Program-made: the position numbers and the translations under genes
Assembly (NCBI RefSeq): GCF_000017305.1
Contig: NC_009664.2
Coordinates: 1,710,001 to 1,742,000 of the forward strand
DNA: 32,000 nucleotides
Direction: 5' to 3'
From: Kineococcus radiotolerans SRS30216 = ATCC BAA-149
GTDB taxonomy: Bacteria; Actinomycetota; Actinomycetes; Actinomycetales; Kineococcaceae
In this document: one piece after another, positions 25,197-32,000 of the stretch
How the letters are laid out: every line of letters starts with the position of its first letter
How positions within the stretch are numbered: the stretch's first letter is position 1
The notes under the pieces: model-generated
Databases searched by the model: none
Told to the model about the DNA's origin: nothing
What the model saw: the letters and a program-made list of their open reading frames with translations, nothing else

Positions 25197-26393
25197 ATGC
25201 GTCTGCACCGAACTCCCCCCACCACCACCGCCCGGCGCCTCGTCGGGCTGGCCCTCGCCCCGACGATGCTGGCCCTCGCGGCGGCCGCGCCGTCCGCGGC
25301 CGCCCCCCGCGCCGACGCCCAGCAGGCCCAGGCGCAGGCCGCGCAGCGCCACGGCGGCCAGGACACCCTGCGCCGCGCCGCCCCGCGCGACCTCGCCGTC
25401 GGCACCGCCGTCGCCGGCGGCGGCCACCACGCCGAGCAGGACTACGCCGACCCCTTCGCCTACGACGTCGAGTACCGCGAGCGGATGGCCGCGGAGTTCA
25501 GCTCCCTGTCCCCGGAGAACCAGGCGAAGTGGGAGTACATCCACCCCCGCCGCGACTTCTACAACTTCTACCCGATGGACGCGATCGTCCGGTTCGCCGA
25601 GGAGAACCGCCAGGTCGTGCGCGGGCACACCCTGTTCTGGCACAGCCAGAACCCGGAGTGGCTGGAGCAGGGCGACTTCACCGACGAGGAGCTGCGCGCC
25701 ATCCTCAAGGAGCACATCCAGACCGTCGTCGGCCGCTACGCCGGGCGCGTGCAGCAGTGGGACGTCGCCAACGAGATCGTCCGCGACGACGGCAGCGGTC
25801 TGCGCGTCGGCCCGACCAGCGAGGGCGGCAACATCTGGATCACCCGGCTGGGCGAGGGGATCATCGCCGACGCGTTCCGCTGGGCCCACGAGGCCGACCC
25901 GCGGGCGAAGCTGTTCTTCAACGACTACGGCGTCGAGGGGATCAACGCCAAGAGCACCTACTACTACGAGCTCGTCCAGGACCTCAAGGCCCAGGGCGTG
26001 CCCGTCGACGGGTTCGCCATCCAGGGCCACCTCAGCACCCAGTACGGGTTCCCCGGCGACCTGCAGGCGAACCTGCAGCGCTTCGACGCCCTGGGCCTGG
26101 AGACCGCCGTCACCGAGCTCGACGTGCGGATGGTGCTGCCGGAGAACGGGATCCCGACCAGCGCCCAGCAGGCCCAGCAGGCGGACTACTACCGCCGGAC
26201 CCTGCAGGCCTGCCTCGCGGTGGAGGAGTGCAACTCCTTCACCATCTGGGGGTTCACGGACAAGTACTCCTGGGTCCCGGTCTTCTTCGCCGCCGAGGGC
26301 TCCGCGACGGTCATGACCGACGACTACGAGCGCAAGCCCGCGTACTACGCGCTGCAGTCCACCCTGCGCGACGCGCGCCGCGGCGGGCGCTGA
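25197..26393 (+). CDS. secreted GH10 endo-1,4-beta-xylanase
   Basis: GGAAGG SD. Signal peptide with an RR (TARRLVGLALAP...AAPSAAA). WDVANE (acid/base) and VTELDV (nucleophile). FTIWGFTDKYSW. Confidence 0.9.
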   Translation: MRLHRTPPTTTARRLVGLALAPTMLALAAAAPSAAAPRADAQQAQAQAAQRHGGQDTLRRAAPRDLAVGTAVAGGGHHAEQDYADPFAYDVEYRERMAAEFSSLSPENQAKWEYIHPRRDFYNFYPMDAIVRFAEENRQVVRGHTLFWHSQNPEWLEQGDFTDEELRAILKEHIQTVVGRYAGRVQQWDVANEIVRDDGSGLRVGPTSEGGNIWITRLGEGIIADAFRWAHEADPRAKLFFNDYGVEGINAKSTYYYELVQDLKAQGVPVDGFAIQGHLSTQYGFPGDLQANLQRFDALGLETAVTELDVRMVLPENGIPTSAQQAQQADYYRRTLQACLAVEECNSFTIWGFTDKYSWVPVFFAAEGSATVMTDDYERKPAYYALQSTLRDARRGGR

Positions 26394-26411
26394 CCCCACC
26401 GCGCCACGAAC

Positions 26412-26447
26412 GGCGGGACCGGCCGGCGCGTCCCGGTCGGTCCCGCC
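26412..26447 (+). terminator. possible stem-loop after the xylanase gene
   Basis: ggcgggaccg / cggtcccgcc forms a 10-bp stem with a 16-nt loop. Alternative foldings are possible. Confidence 0.3.
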
Positions 26448-26455
26448 GCCCCGTA

Positions 26456-26467
26456 GGGTGATCACCC
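26456..26467. promoter_or_regulatory. 12-bp perfect palindrome GGGTGATCACCC overlapping a candidate -10 (TAGGGT, 26454-26459) of the LacI gene
   Basis: Read directly from the sequence. It lies 17 nt upstream of GTG 26484. Confidence 0.4.
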
Positions 26468-26483
26468 GGAGCAGGGGGGTGCC

Positions 26484-27506
26484 GTGGGCGACGACGAGAA
26501 CCGCAACGTGACGATCACCGAGATCGCCCGCGAGGCGGGGGTGTCCGTGCCGACGGTCTCGCGCGTCGTCAACGGCCGCGGCGACGTGGCCGCGGCGACC
26601 CGCGAGCGCGTCGAGGAGCTGCTGCGCCGGCACGGCTACCGGCGCCCGCTGCGCGCCCGCCCGGTGCTGCGGGCCGGGCTGCTCGACCTCGTCTTCGACG
26701 ACCTCGACTCCCCCTGGGCGGTGGAGATCATCCGCGGGGTGGAGGACGTCGCCCACGCGGCGGGGGTCGGCACCGTCGTCTCGGCGGTGCACCGGCGCAC
26801 CACCTCCGCGCGGCAGTGGCTGGGGAACCTGCGCGCCCGCACCAGCGACGGGGTCGTCCTCGTCACCTCCTCCCTCGCCCCGACCCTCGCGCGGGAACTG
26901 CTGGAGTCCGCCGTCCCGACCGTGGTCGTCGACCCCGCCGGGGTGCCCGTGGAGGGCGCGCCCTCCATCGGGGCGACGAACTGGGCCGGGGGGCTGAGCG
27001 CCACGCAGCACCTCGTGGGGCTGGGCCACCGGCGGGTGGCGCACGTCAGCGGCCCCGCCGGGCTGCTGTGCAGCCGCGCGCGCCTGGACGGCCACCGCGC
27101 CGGCCTGGAGTCCGCCGGTCTCGTCCTCGACCCCGCCCTCGTGCGCGAGGGCGACTTCTACCAGGAGTCCGGGCTGCGCGAGGGCACCGCCCTGCTCGCG
27201 CTGGCGGACCCGCCCACCGCGGTGTTCGCCGCCAGCGACCAGATCGCCCTCGGGGTCTACGAGGCGGTGCGGCGCGCCGGGCTGCGGGTGCCCGACGACA
27301 TCAGCGTCGTCGGGTTCGACGACCTCAGCCTCGCGGCCTGGGCCTCCCCGCCGCTGACCACCGTGCGCCAGCCGCTGGAGGAGATGGGGGCGCTGGCCGC
27401 GCGGACGGTGCTCGCGGCGGCCGCCGGCGAGGAGGTGCGCAACCCCCGCGTCGAGCTCGCCACCACCCTCGTCGTGCGCGACAGCACCGCCCCGCCGCGC
27501 TCCTGA
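26484..27506 (+). CDS. LacI-family transcriptional regulator
   Basis: VTITEIAREAGVSVPTVSRVVNG HTH, followed by a periplasmic-binding-protein-like core (ISVVGFDD, TTVRQP). Confidence 0.9.
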   Translation: MGDDENRNVTITEIAREAGVSVPTVSRVVNGRGDVAAATRERVEELLRRHGYRRPLRARPVLRAGLLDLVFDDLDSPWAVEIIRGVEDVAHAAGVGTVVSAVHRRTTSARQWLGNLRARTSDGVVLVTSSLAPTLARELLESAVPTVVVDPAGVPVEGAPSIGATNWAGGLSATQHLVGLGHRRVAHVSGPAGLLCSRARLDGHRAGLESAGLVLDPALVREGDFYQESGLREGTALLALADPPTAVFAASDQIALGVYEAVRRAGLRVPDDISVVGFDDLSLAAWASPPLTTVRQPLEEMGALAARTVLAAAAGEEVRNPRVELATTLVVRDSTAPPRS

Positions 27507-27530
27507 GGGACGCCGGCCGGGCCGGCGCCC
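27507..27530. terminator. short GC palindrome filling the gap between convergent stops
   Basis: gggacgccggcc ggg ccggcgccc forms about 10 bp with one bulge. Confidence 0.35.
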
Positions 27531-29006
27531 TCAGCGCGACATCCAGCGCTCCGGCCCCGACCCGGCGCGGGCGGCGCGGGAGCGGGCGGTCTGCTCGGCC
27601 AGCAGGCGCGCGGCCGTCGCCGGGTCCAGGTGGTCCACGCGGGGCTTCACCTTCCCCGGGGTGGAGTGCAGCACCACGCTGGCCAGGCCCAGGCGCCGCT
27701 GCACCGGGCCCTGCGAGACGCCCAGGCTCTGGGTGCGGGCGTGCGGGACGACGTCGAGGCCGCGGACGAAGCGCCCGTTGCGGGACAGGAACGCGTGCTC
27801 GGTGACGCGGTAGCCGCGCCGGCGCCAGCTCAGCGGGTCCAGCCAGCGGGCCGACCGCGGCGCGGGGGTGAAACCGCCCTCGGTGCTGCTGCCGGTGAGC
27901 CCCGCGCGGACCACGTCCAGCGGCGACTCCGTCCCCGTGCCCAGGTCCGGCAGCACGATCGCCAGGACGAGGCCGAGCTCGTCGAGGGTGCCGACCGGCA
28001 GCAGCGTCGTGCTCTGCTCGGAGGCCTTGCCGCTCTCCCCGGAGTAGCCCGCGACGTTGACGTCCACCCGCCACCAGCCCGCGCTGCGCCACAGCAGCGG
28101 CTGGGTGATCCGCAGCGCCTGCACCCGCCCCGGCGGCACCGTCTGCGAGCGCTGCTCCAGCAGGCCGTGCGACATCCGCAACCCGTCCGGGGCGTCGGCG
28201 ACGGTGAAGTTGAAACCCGTCGAGAACCGCTGCCACACGGCCGAGACGAGCCCCAGGACCCCGGCGAGGGAACCGAACAGCGGGGTGAGGCTCTTCGCGA
28301 ACCAGCAGCCGATCCCGATCCCGATCAGCCCCAGGACCATCCAGATCGTGAGCCCGGAGCGCAGGGTGGAGACGATCAGCCGCGTCGGGGGGACCTCGAC
28401 GACCTCGCGCTGCGGGGCCTCGGGGGCGTCCTCGCCCTCGGCGACGACGACCCCGGCGGAGGCGGCGAGCAGCGCGTTGCGCACCCGCTGGGCCTCCTCC
28501 TCCTGCAGGTAGGCCAGCGAGACCTTGCTGCCCGAGCCGCCGGCGACCTCCAGGCGCAGCTCGGCCAGCCCGAACAACCGCCCCAGCAGCGGGCGCACGA
28601 CGTCCACGGCCTGCAGCCGGTCCAGCTGGGCGCGCCGCTGCTGGCGCCAGAGGATCCCGCGCTCGACGTGCACGGCCTCGGCGTCGATCCGGTAGCGGGT
28701 CCGGCGCCAGGCCAGCGCGCTGTAGACCGCGCCCACGACGGCCAGCAGCAGCAACCCGCCGAGGATCGACAGGGTCAGGACCCACCCGGGCAGGTCCAGG
28801 CGGAGCAGGTCGTCGCCGTTCTGCACCACGACCACGGCCAGGACCGCGGCGACGGCCTTCCAGGCCCGCAGGACCGGGGTCACCGGGTGCAGCCGGCGCC
28901 AGCCCGGGTCGGTGAGGACGGCGCGGGTGGGAGCGTCGAGGCGGGCCGCGACCTCCGCGGGGACGACCTCGACCGCGGGCTCGTCGGTGCGGTGCCCCTC
29001 GCTCAC
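27531..29006 (-). CDS. YdbT-like membrane protein with repeated bacterial PH (bPH_2/DUF304) domains
   Basis: GTG 29006 overlaps the upstream stop (GTGA). TM hairpins are followed by YRIDAEAVHVERGILWRQQRRAQLDRLQAVDV, and similar blocks recur (RVQALRITQPLLWR, SLGVSQGPVQRRLGLASVVLHS). 491 aa. Confidence 0.8.
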   Translation of the reverse strand: MSEGHRTDEPAVEVVPAEVAARLDAPTRAVLTDPGWRRLHPVTPVLRAWKAVAAVLAVVVVQNGDDLLRLDLPGWVLTLSILGGLLLLAVVGAVYSALAWRRTRYRIDAEAVHVERGILWRQQRRAQLDRLQAVDVVRPLLGRLFGLAELRLEVAGGSGSKVSLAYLQEEEAQRVRNALLAASAGVVVAEGEDAPEAPQREVVEVPPTRLIVSTLRSGLTIWMVLGLIGIGIGCWFAKSLTPLFGSLAGVLGLVSAVWQRFSTGFNFTVADAPDGLRMSHGLLEQRSQTVPPGRVQALRITQPLLWRSAGWWRVDVNVAGYSGESGKASEQSTTLLPVGTLDELGLVLAIVLPDLGTGTESPLDVVRAGLTGSSTEGGFTPAPRSARWLDPLSWRRRGYRVTEHAFLSRNGRFVRGLDVVPHARTQSLGVSQGPVQRRLGLASVVLHSTPGKVKPRVDHLDPATAARLLAEQTARSRAARAGSGPERWMSR

Positions 29007-29554
29007 AGTCCCGCCAGCCGGGCCTCGCCGCGGGCGGCGAGGCGGTCGCGCAACCGCGCGGCCTCCGCCGGCGGCAGACCCGGGATGGCGGCGTCGCTGT
29101 CGGAGGAGGCGGTGTGCAGCTGCACCTTGGCCAGGCCGAACCGGCGGTCCAGCGGCCCGGCCTCCACGTCGACGTACTGCAACCGGCCGTAGGGGACCAC
29201 GACCAGGGAGCGGAAGAGGATCCCCTTGACCACGAGCAGGTCGTCGTCGCGCTCGGCGTAGCCCCACGCCCGCGCCTGGCGCCCGGACCAGGCGAAGTCC
29301 CAGGCCCACAGCGGCACCACGACGGCCAGCGCCAGCCAGATCCACGGGGTCAGCAGCAGCGCGAGGACGACGACGACGACCGCGACGACGCCGAAGACGA
29401 TCGCCCCCGCCACCCGCTGGGCGGCGGCCCAGCGCGGGGAGATCCGCTGCCAGGCGACGCCGTCGGGCGTGAAGGGGTCCCCGGCGGCGGTGGCCGCGCC
29501 GGCCGGCGCGACGTCCGCCGCCCCGCTCGACGTGGTGTCCCCGGTGTCCCCCAT
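29003..29554 (-). CDS. YdbS-like membrane protein with one bPH_2 domain
   Basis: ATG 29554. Only the last 183 aa of the 984-aa track ORF are credible. Two TM segments, then YAERDDDLLVVKGILFRSLVVVPYGRLQYVDVEAGPLDRRFGLAKVQLHTAS. Confidence 0.8.
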   Translation of the reverse strand: MGDTGDTTSSGAADVAPAGAATAAGDPFTPDGVAWQRISPRWAAAQRVAGAIVFGVVAVVVVVLALLLTPWIWLALAVVVPLWAWDFAWSGRQARAWGYAERDDDLLVVKGILFRSLVVVPYGRLQYVDVEAGPLDRRFGLAKVQLHTASSDSDAAIPGLPPAEAARLRDRLAARGEARLAGL

Positions 29555-29647
29555 GGCCCCACCTTGCCAGAACCGGCCCGCGGGCGGCCTCCGCCGATCG
29601 GCGCGGCCGGCGTCGACGATCGGGGAGCCGTCGGCGAGACTGCCACG

Positions 29648-30829
29648 GTGACCGCAGGAAGCGAGGAACCCGGCCCCCTCGACGACGCACCGGGCGACGA
29701 TGAGGTCATCCGCTTCGAGGGCGTGAGCAAGCGCTACGGCCGCCACGACTCCCCCGCCGTGCGCCACCTGGACCTGGCCGTGCGCCGCGGTGAGCTCGTC
29801 GCCCTCGTCGGGCCCAGCGGCTGCGGCAAGTCGACGATCCTGCGGATGGTCAACCGGCTCGTCGAACCCACCGGAGGGCGGGTCGTCGTCGACGGCCGCG
29901 ACACCGCCCGCACCGACGCCGTCGCCCTGCGCCGCGGCATCGGCTACGTCATCCAGGCCGGGGGCCTCATGCCGCACCGGACCGTGCGCCAGAACATCGC
30001 CACCGTGCCGAAGCTGCTGGGCTGGGACCCCGCGCTCACCCGCCGCCGGGGCGACGAGCTGCTGGAACTGGTCGGGCTGGACCCGTGGGCCCACGGCGAC
30101 CGCTACCCGGCGCAGCTCTCGGGCGGGCAGCAGCAGCGCGTGGGCGTCGCCCGCGCCCTGGCCGCCGACCCGCCCGTCCTGCTCATGGACGAACCCTTCG
30201 GCGCGGTGGACCCCGTGGTCCGCGACCGGCTGCAGGGGGAGTTCCGCCGCATCCAGCGGGAACTGCGCAAGACGGTCCTGTTCGTCACCCACGACCTCGA
30301 CGAGGCGGTGCGGATCGCGGACCGCGTCGCGGTGTTCTCCACCGGCGGTGTCCTGGAGCAGATCGCCGACCCCGCGACGCTGCTGTCGGCCCCCGCCTCG
30401 GAGTTCGTCGTCGACTTCGTCGGCTCCGACCGGGGCCTGCGCCGCCTGGCGGTCACGCCGATCCGCGCCGAGGACCTCGAACGCCCGCTGGTCCTCGCCC
30501 CCGGCGACGGCGCCGCCTACGCCGCGACCGCGCTGGAGCTCGACGGCCGTCCCTGGGCCGTCGTCCTCGACGGGTCGGGACGGCTGCTGGGCTGGGTCCC
30601 GCGCGGGGCGCTGCTCGCCGCGCGCGGGAACCGCGCCGCCCGCGTCGGCGACCACGTCCGGGAGTTCGGCACCCGCATCGGCGCCCACGAGGACCTGCGC
30701 TCGGCGTTCTCCGCCCTGCTCGCCCAGGAACTGCGCTTCCTGCCCGTCCTGGCCGGGGAGGAGTTCCTCGGCGTCCTCACCCCCGACGTCGTCCACACCG
30801 CGCTGCGCCGCGGGCTGCCCCCCGCCTGA
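29648..30829 (+). CDS. ABC transporter ATP-binding protein, OpuCA/ProV-like, with C-terminal tandem CBS region
   Basis: GPSGCGKST (Walker A), LSGGQQQRV, LLMDEPF, FVTHD. About 130 aa of CBS-like C-terminus. GTG 29648 is the only in-frame start before the conserved IRFEGVSKRYG strand. Confidence 0.85.
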   Translation: MTAGSEEPGPLDDAPGDDEVIRFEGVSKRYGRHDSPAVRHLDLAVRRGELVALVGPSGCGKSTILRMVNRLVEPTGGRVVVDGRDTARTDAVALRRGIGYVIQAGGLMPHRTVRQNIATVPKLLGWDPALTRRRGDELLELVGLDPWAHGDRYPAQLSGGQQQRVGVARALAADPPVLLMDEPFGAVDPVVRDRLQGEFRRIQRELRKTVLFVTHDLDEAVRIADRVAVFSTGGVLEQIADPATLLSAPASEFVVDFVGSDRGLRRLAVTPIRAEDLERPLVLAPGDGAAYAATALELDGRPWAVVLDGSGRLLGWVPRGALLAARGNRAARVGDHVREFGTRIGAHEDLRSAFSALLAQELRFLPVLAGEEFLGVLTPDVVHTALRRGLPPA

Positions 30830-30934
30830 GCGCGGCCCCCTACCGGGGAGGTACCCGGGACGGCACCGGGGTCGGGTCGGGAACGGTCCCCCGGGGCGAT
30901 GACCGGGAGGGGCCGGCGGCGGTTGGGTTCCCCC

Positions 30935-32000
30935 ATGAGGATCCTCATCGCAGCCGACACCTACGCCCCCGACGTCAACGGCGCCTCGACGTTCGCGCAG
31001 CGCCTCGCCGCCGGGCTCACCGCGCGCCACGAGGTCCACGTCGTGGCCCCCGCCCGCGGACCGCGCAGCACCCGCGCGACGGTCGCCGGGATCGTCGAGC
31101 ACCGCCTGCGCGCCGTGCCCGTCGTCGTCGGCGGGACGGGGCTGCGGTTCTGCCCGCCCGTCGGCCTGGCGCGCGCCGCCACCCGGGTCCTGCGCGAGGT
31201 GCGGCCCGACGTCGTGCACGTGCAGAGCCACTTCCTCGTCGGCCGCGCCCTGGTGGGCGCGGCGAACCGCCTCGGGATCCCCGTCGTCGCGACGAACCAC
31301 TTCATGCCCGAGAACCTCACCCACCACGTGCCCGTGGGGGTGCGCGCCCGCGCGGCGCTGCACGGGTGGGCGTGGGCGGACGCGGCCGCGGTGTTCACCC
31401 GCGCCGACGTCGTCACCGCCCCCACCCCCTACGCCGCGGCCCTGGCCGAGCGGGCCGGGATCCCCGGCCCGGTGCTGCCCATCTCCTGCGGGATGGACCT
31501 GCACCGGTTCGCCCCCGACCCCTCCGGGGCGCTGCGCGCGGGGTTCCGGGCCCGGCACGGGATCCCGGACCGGCCCACGATCGGCTACGTCGGCCGCCTC
31601 GCCCCGGAGAAGAACGTCTCCGAGCTCGTCGAGGCCCTCGCCCTGGTGCGCCGGCTGCGCCCGGAGCTCGACGCGCAGCTGCTGCTCGTCGGCGACGGCG
31701 CCCAGCGGGCGGGGCTGCTGCGCCGGGCCGCGGAGCTGGGGGTCGCCGACCGCGTCGTCTCGACGGGTTTCGTGCCCGAGGCCGACCTGCCCGCCGCCTA
31801 CCTGGCCTGCGACGCGTTCGCCAACGCCGGCACCGCCGAGCTGCAGAGCCTCGTCGTCCTGGAGGCGATGGCCTCGGGGCTGCCCGTGCTGGGGGTGGAC
31901 GCCTGCGCGCTGCCGCACCTCGTGCGCGACGGCGAGAACGGGTTCCTCTTCCCCCACGCCCGGCCCGACGCCCTGGCCGCGCGCCTGGCCCTGGTCCTGG
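30935..32000 (+). CDS. GT-B fold glycosyltransferase (GT4). The 3' end runs off the window.
   Basis: Not in the track because there is no stop in the window. MRILIAADTYAPDVNGASTFAQRLAAGL..., GYVGRLAPEKNV, LQSLVVLEAMASGLPVLG (E-x7-E region). Confidence 0.85.
   Translation, partial: MRILIAADTYAPDVNGASTFAQRLAAGLTARHEVHVVAPARGPRSTRATVAGIVEHRLRAVPVVVGGTGLRFCPPVGLARAATRVLREVRPDVVHVQSHFLVGRALVGAANRLGIPVVATNHFMPENLTHHVPVGVRARAALHGWAWADAAAVFTRADVVTAPTPYAAALAERAGIPGPVLPISCGMDLHRFAPDPSGALRAGFRARHGIPDRPTIGYVGRLAPEKNVSELVEALALVRRLRPELDAQLLLVGDGAQRAGLLRRAAELGVADRVVSTGFVPEADLPAAYLACDAFANAGTAELQSLVVLEAMASGLPVLGVDACALPHLVRDGENGFLFPHARPDALAARLALVL

Noticed and set aside
30935-30948. 14-bp perfect palindrome ATGAGGATCCTCAT at the GT4 start codon
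   Set aside because: It has no loop, so it cannot form a hairpin, and there is no second copy. It is likely a coincidence of the MRIL codons.
29555-31957. N-terminal 800 aa of the 984-aa minus-strand ORF
   Set aside because: It is antisense to the ABC ATPase and the GT4 gene, both of which have unmistakable motifs. Only the last 183 aa (the YdbS-like protein, ATG 29554) are credible.
1-32000. Search for tRNA/rRNA genes, CRISPR arrays, IS/transposase or integrase genes, toxin-antitoxin pairs and known defence-system genes
   Set aside because: Nothing in either strand's credible frames or in the intergenic regions resembled these: no T-loop GGTTCGAATCC-type motifs, no repeat-spacer arrays, no DDE/tyrosine-recombinase motifs. 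The eye-scan is not exhaustive. Infernal/tRNAscan and DefenseFinder/PADLOC runs would be needed to confirm this.

Overview
This is a high-GC, densely coding segment of actinobacterial type. Most long ORFs in the supplied track are antisense or out-of-frame shadows. I chose real frames by recognisable protein motifs, third-codon-position GC, and start/stop coupling. I found no rRNA, tRNA, CRISPR array, IS element or integrase.

Positions ~780-18620 form one large cell-surface polysaccharide locus of the Wzx/Wzy type. It contains:
- a tightly coupled four-gene CDP-hexose operon: rfbF, an SDR, an RmlC-like cupin and a SAF-domain oxidoreductase;
- a GT4 glycosyltransferase, two GT2 glycosyltransferases and two unclassified GT-A-like proteins;
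- a Wzz/PCP-type co-polymerase whose C-terminal P-loop ATPase domain looks catalytically dead;
- a Wzy-like polymerase, a hexapeptide acetyltransferase and a Wzx flippase;
- two paralogous GH26-like hydrolases, one secreted (malectin + PT linker), the other membrane-anchored and start/stop-coupled to the flippase.

A partial HD-GYP phosphodiesterase gene sits at the left edge.

The right part (18.9-32 kb) carries:
- a SAM methyltransferase;
- a 55-aa ORF missing from the track;
- a SulP/STAS transporter and a small membrane protein;
- a proline iminopeptidase + APC permease operon with a divergent GntR regulator;
- a GH10 xylanase with a clear promoter and a perfect 21-bp palindrome, followed by a LacI regulator;
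- a YdbS/YdbT-like PH-domain membrane pair;
- an orphan OpuCA-like ABC ATPase with CBS domains, and a partial GT4 gene.

I see no defence or mobile system. The candidates most worth follow-up are the non-canonical CDP-sugar cassette, the pseudo-kinase co-polymerase, and the hydrolase pair embedded in the biosynthetic locus. All functions are inferred by eye from motifs. No database search was run.
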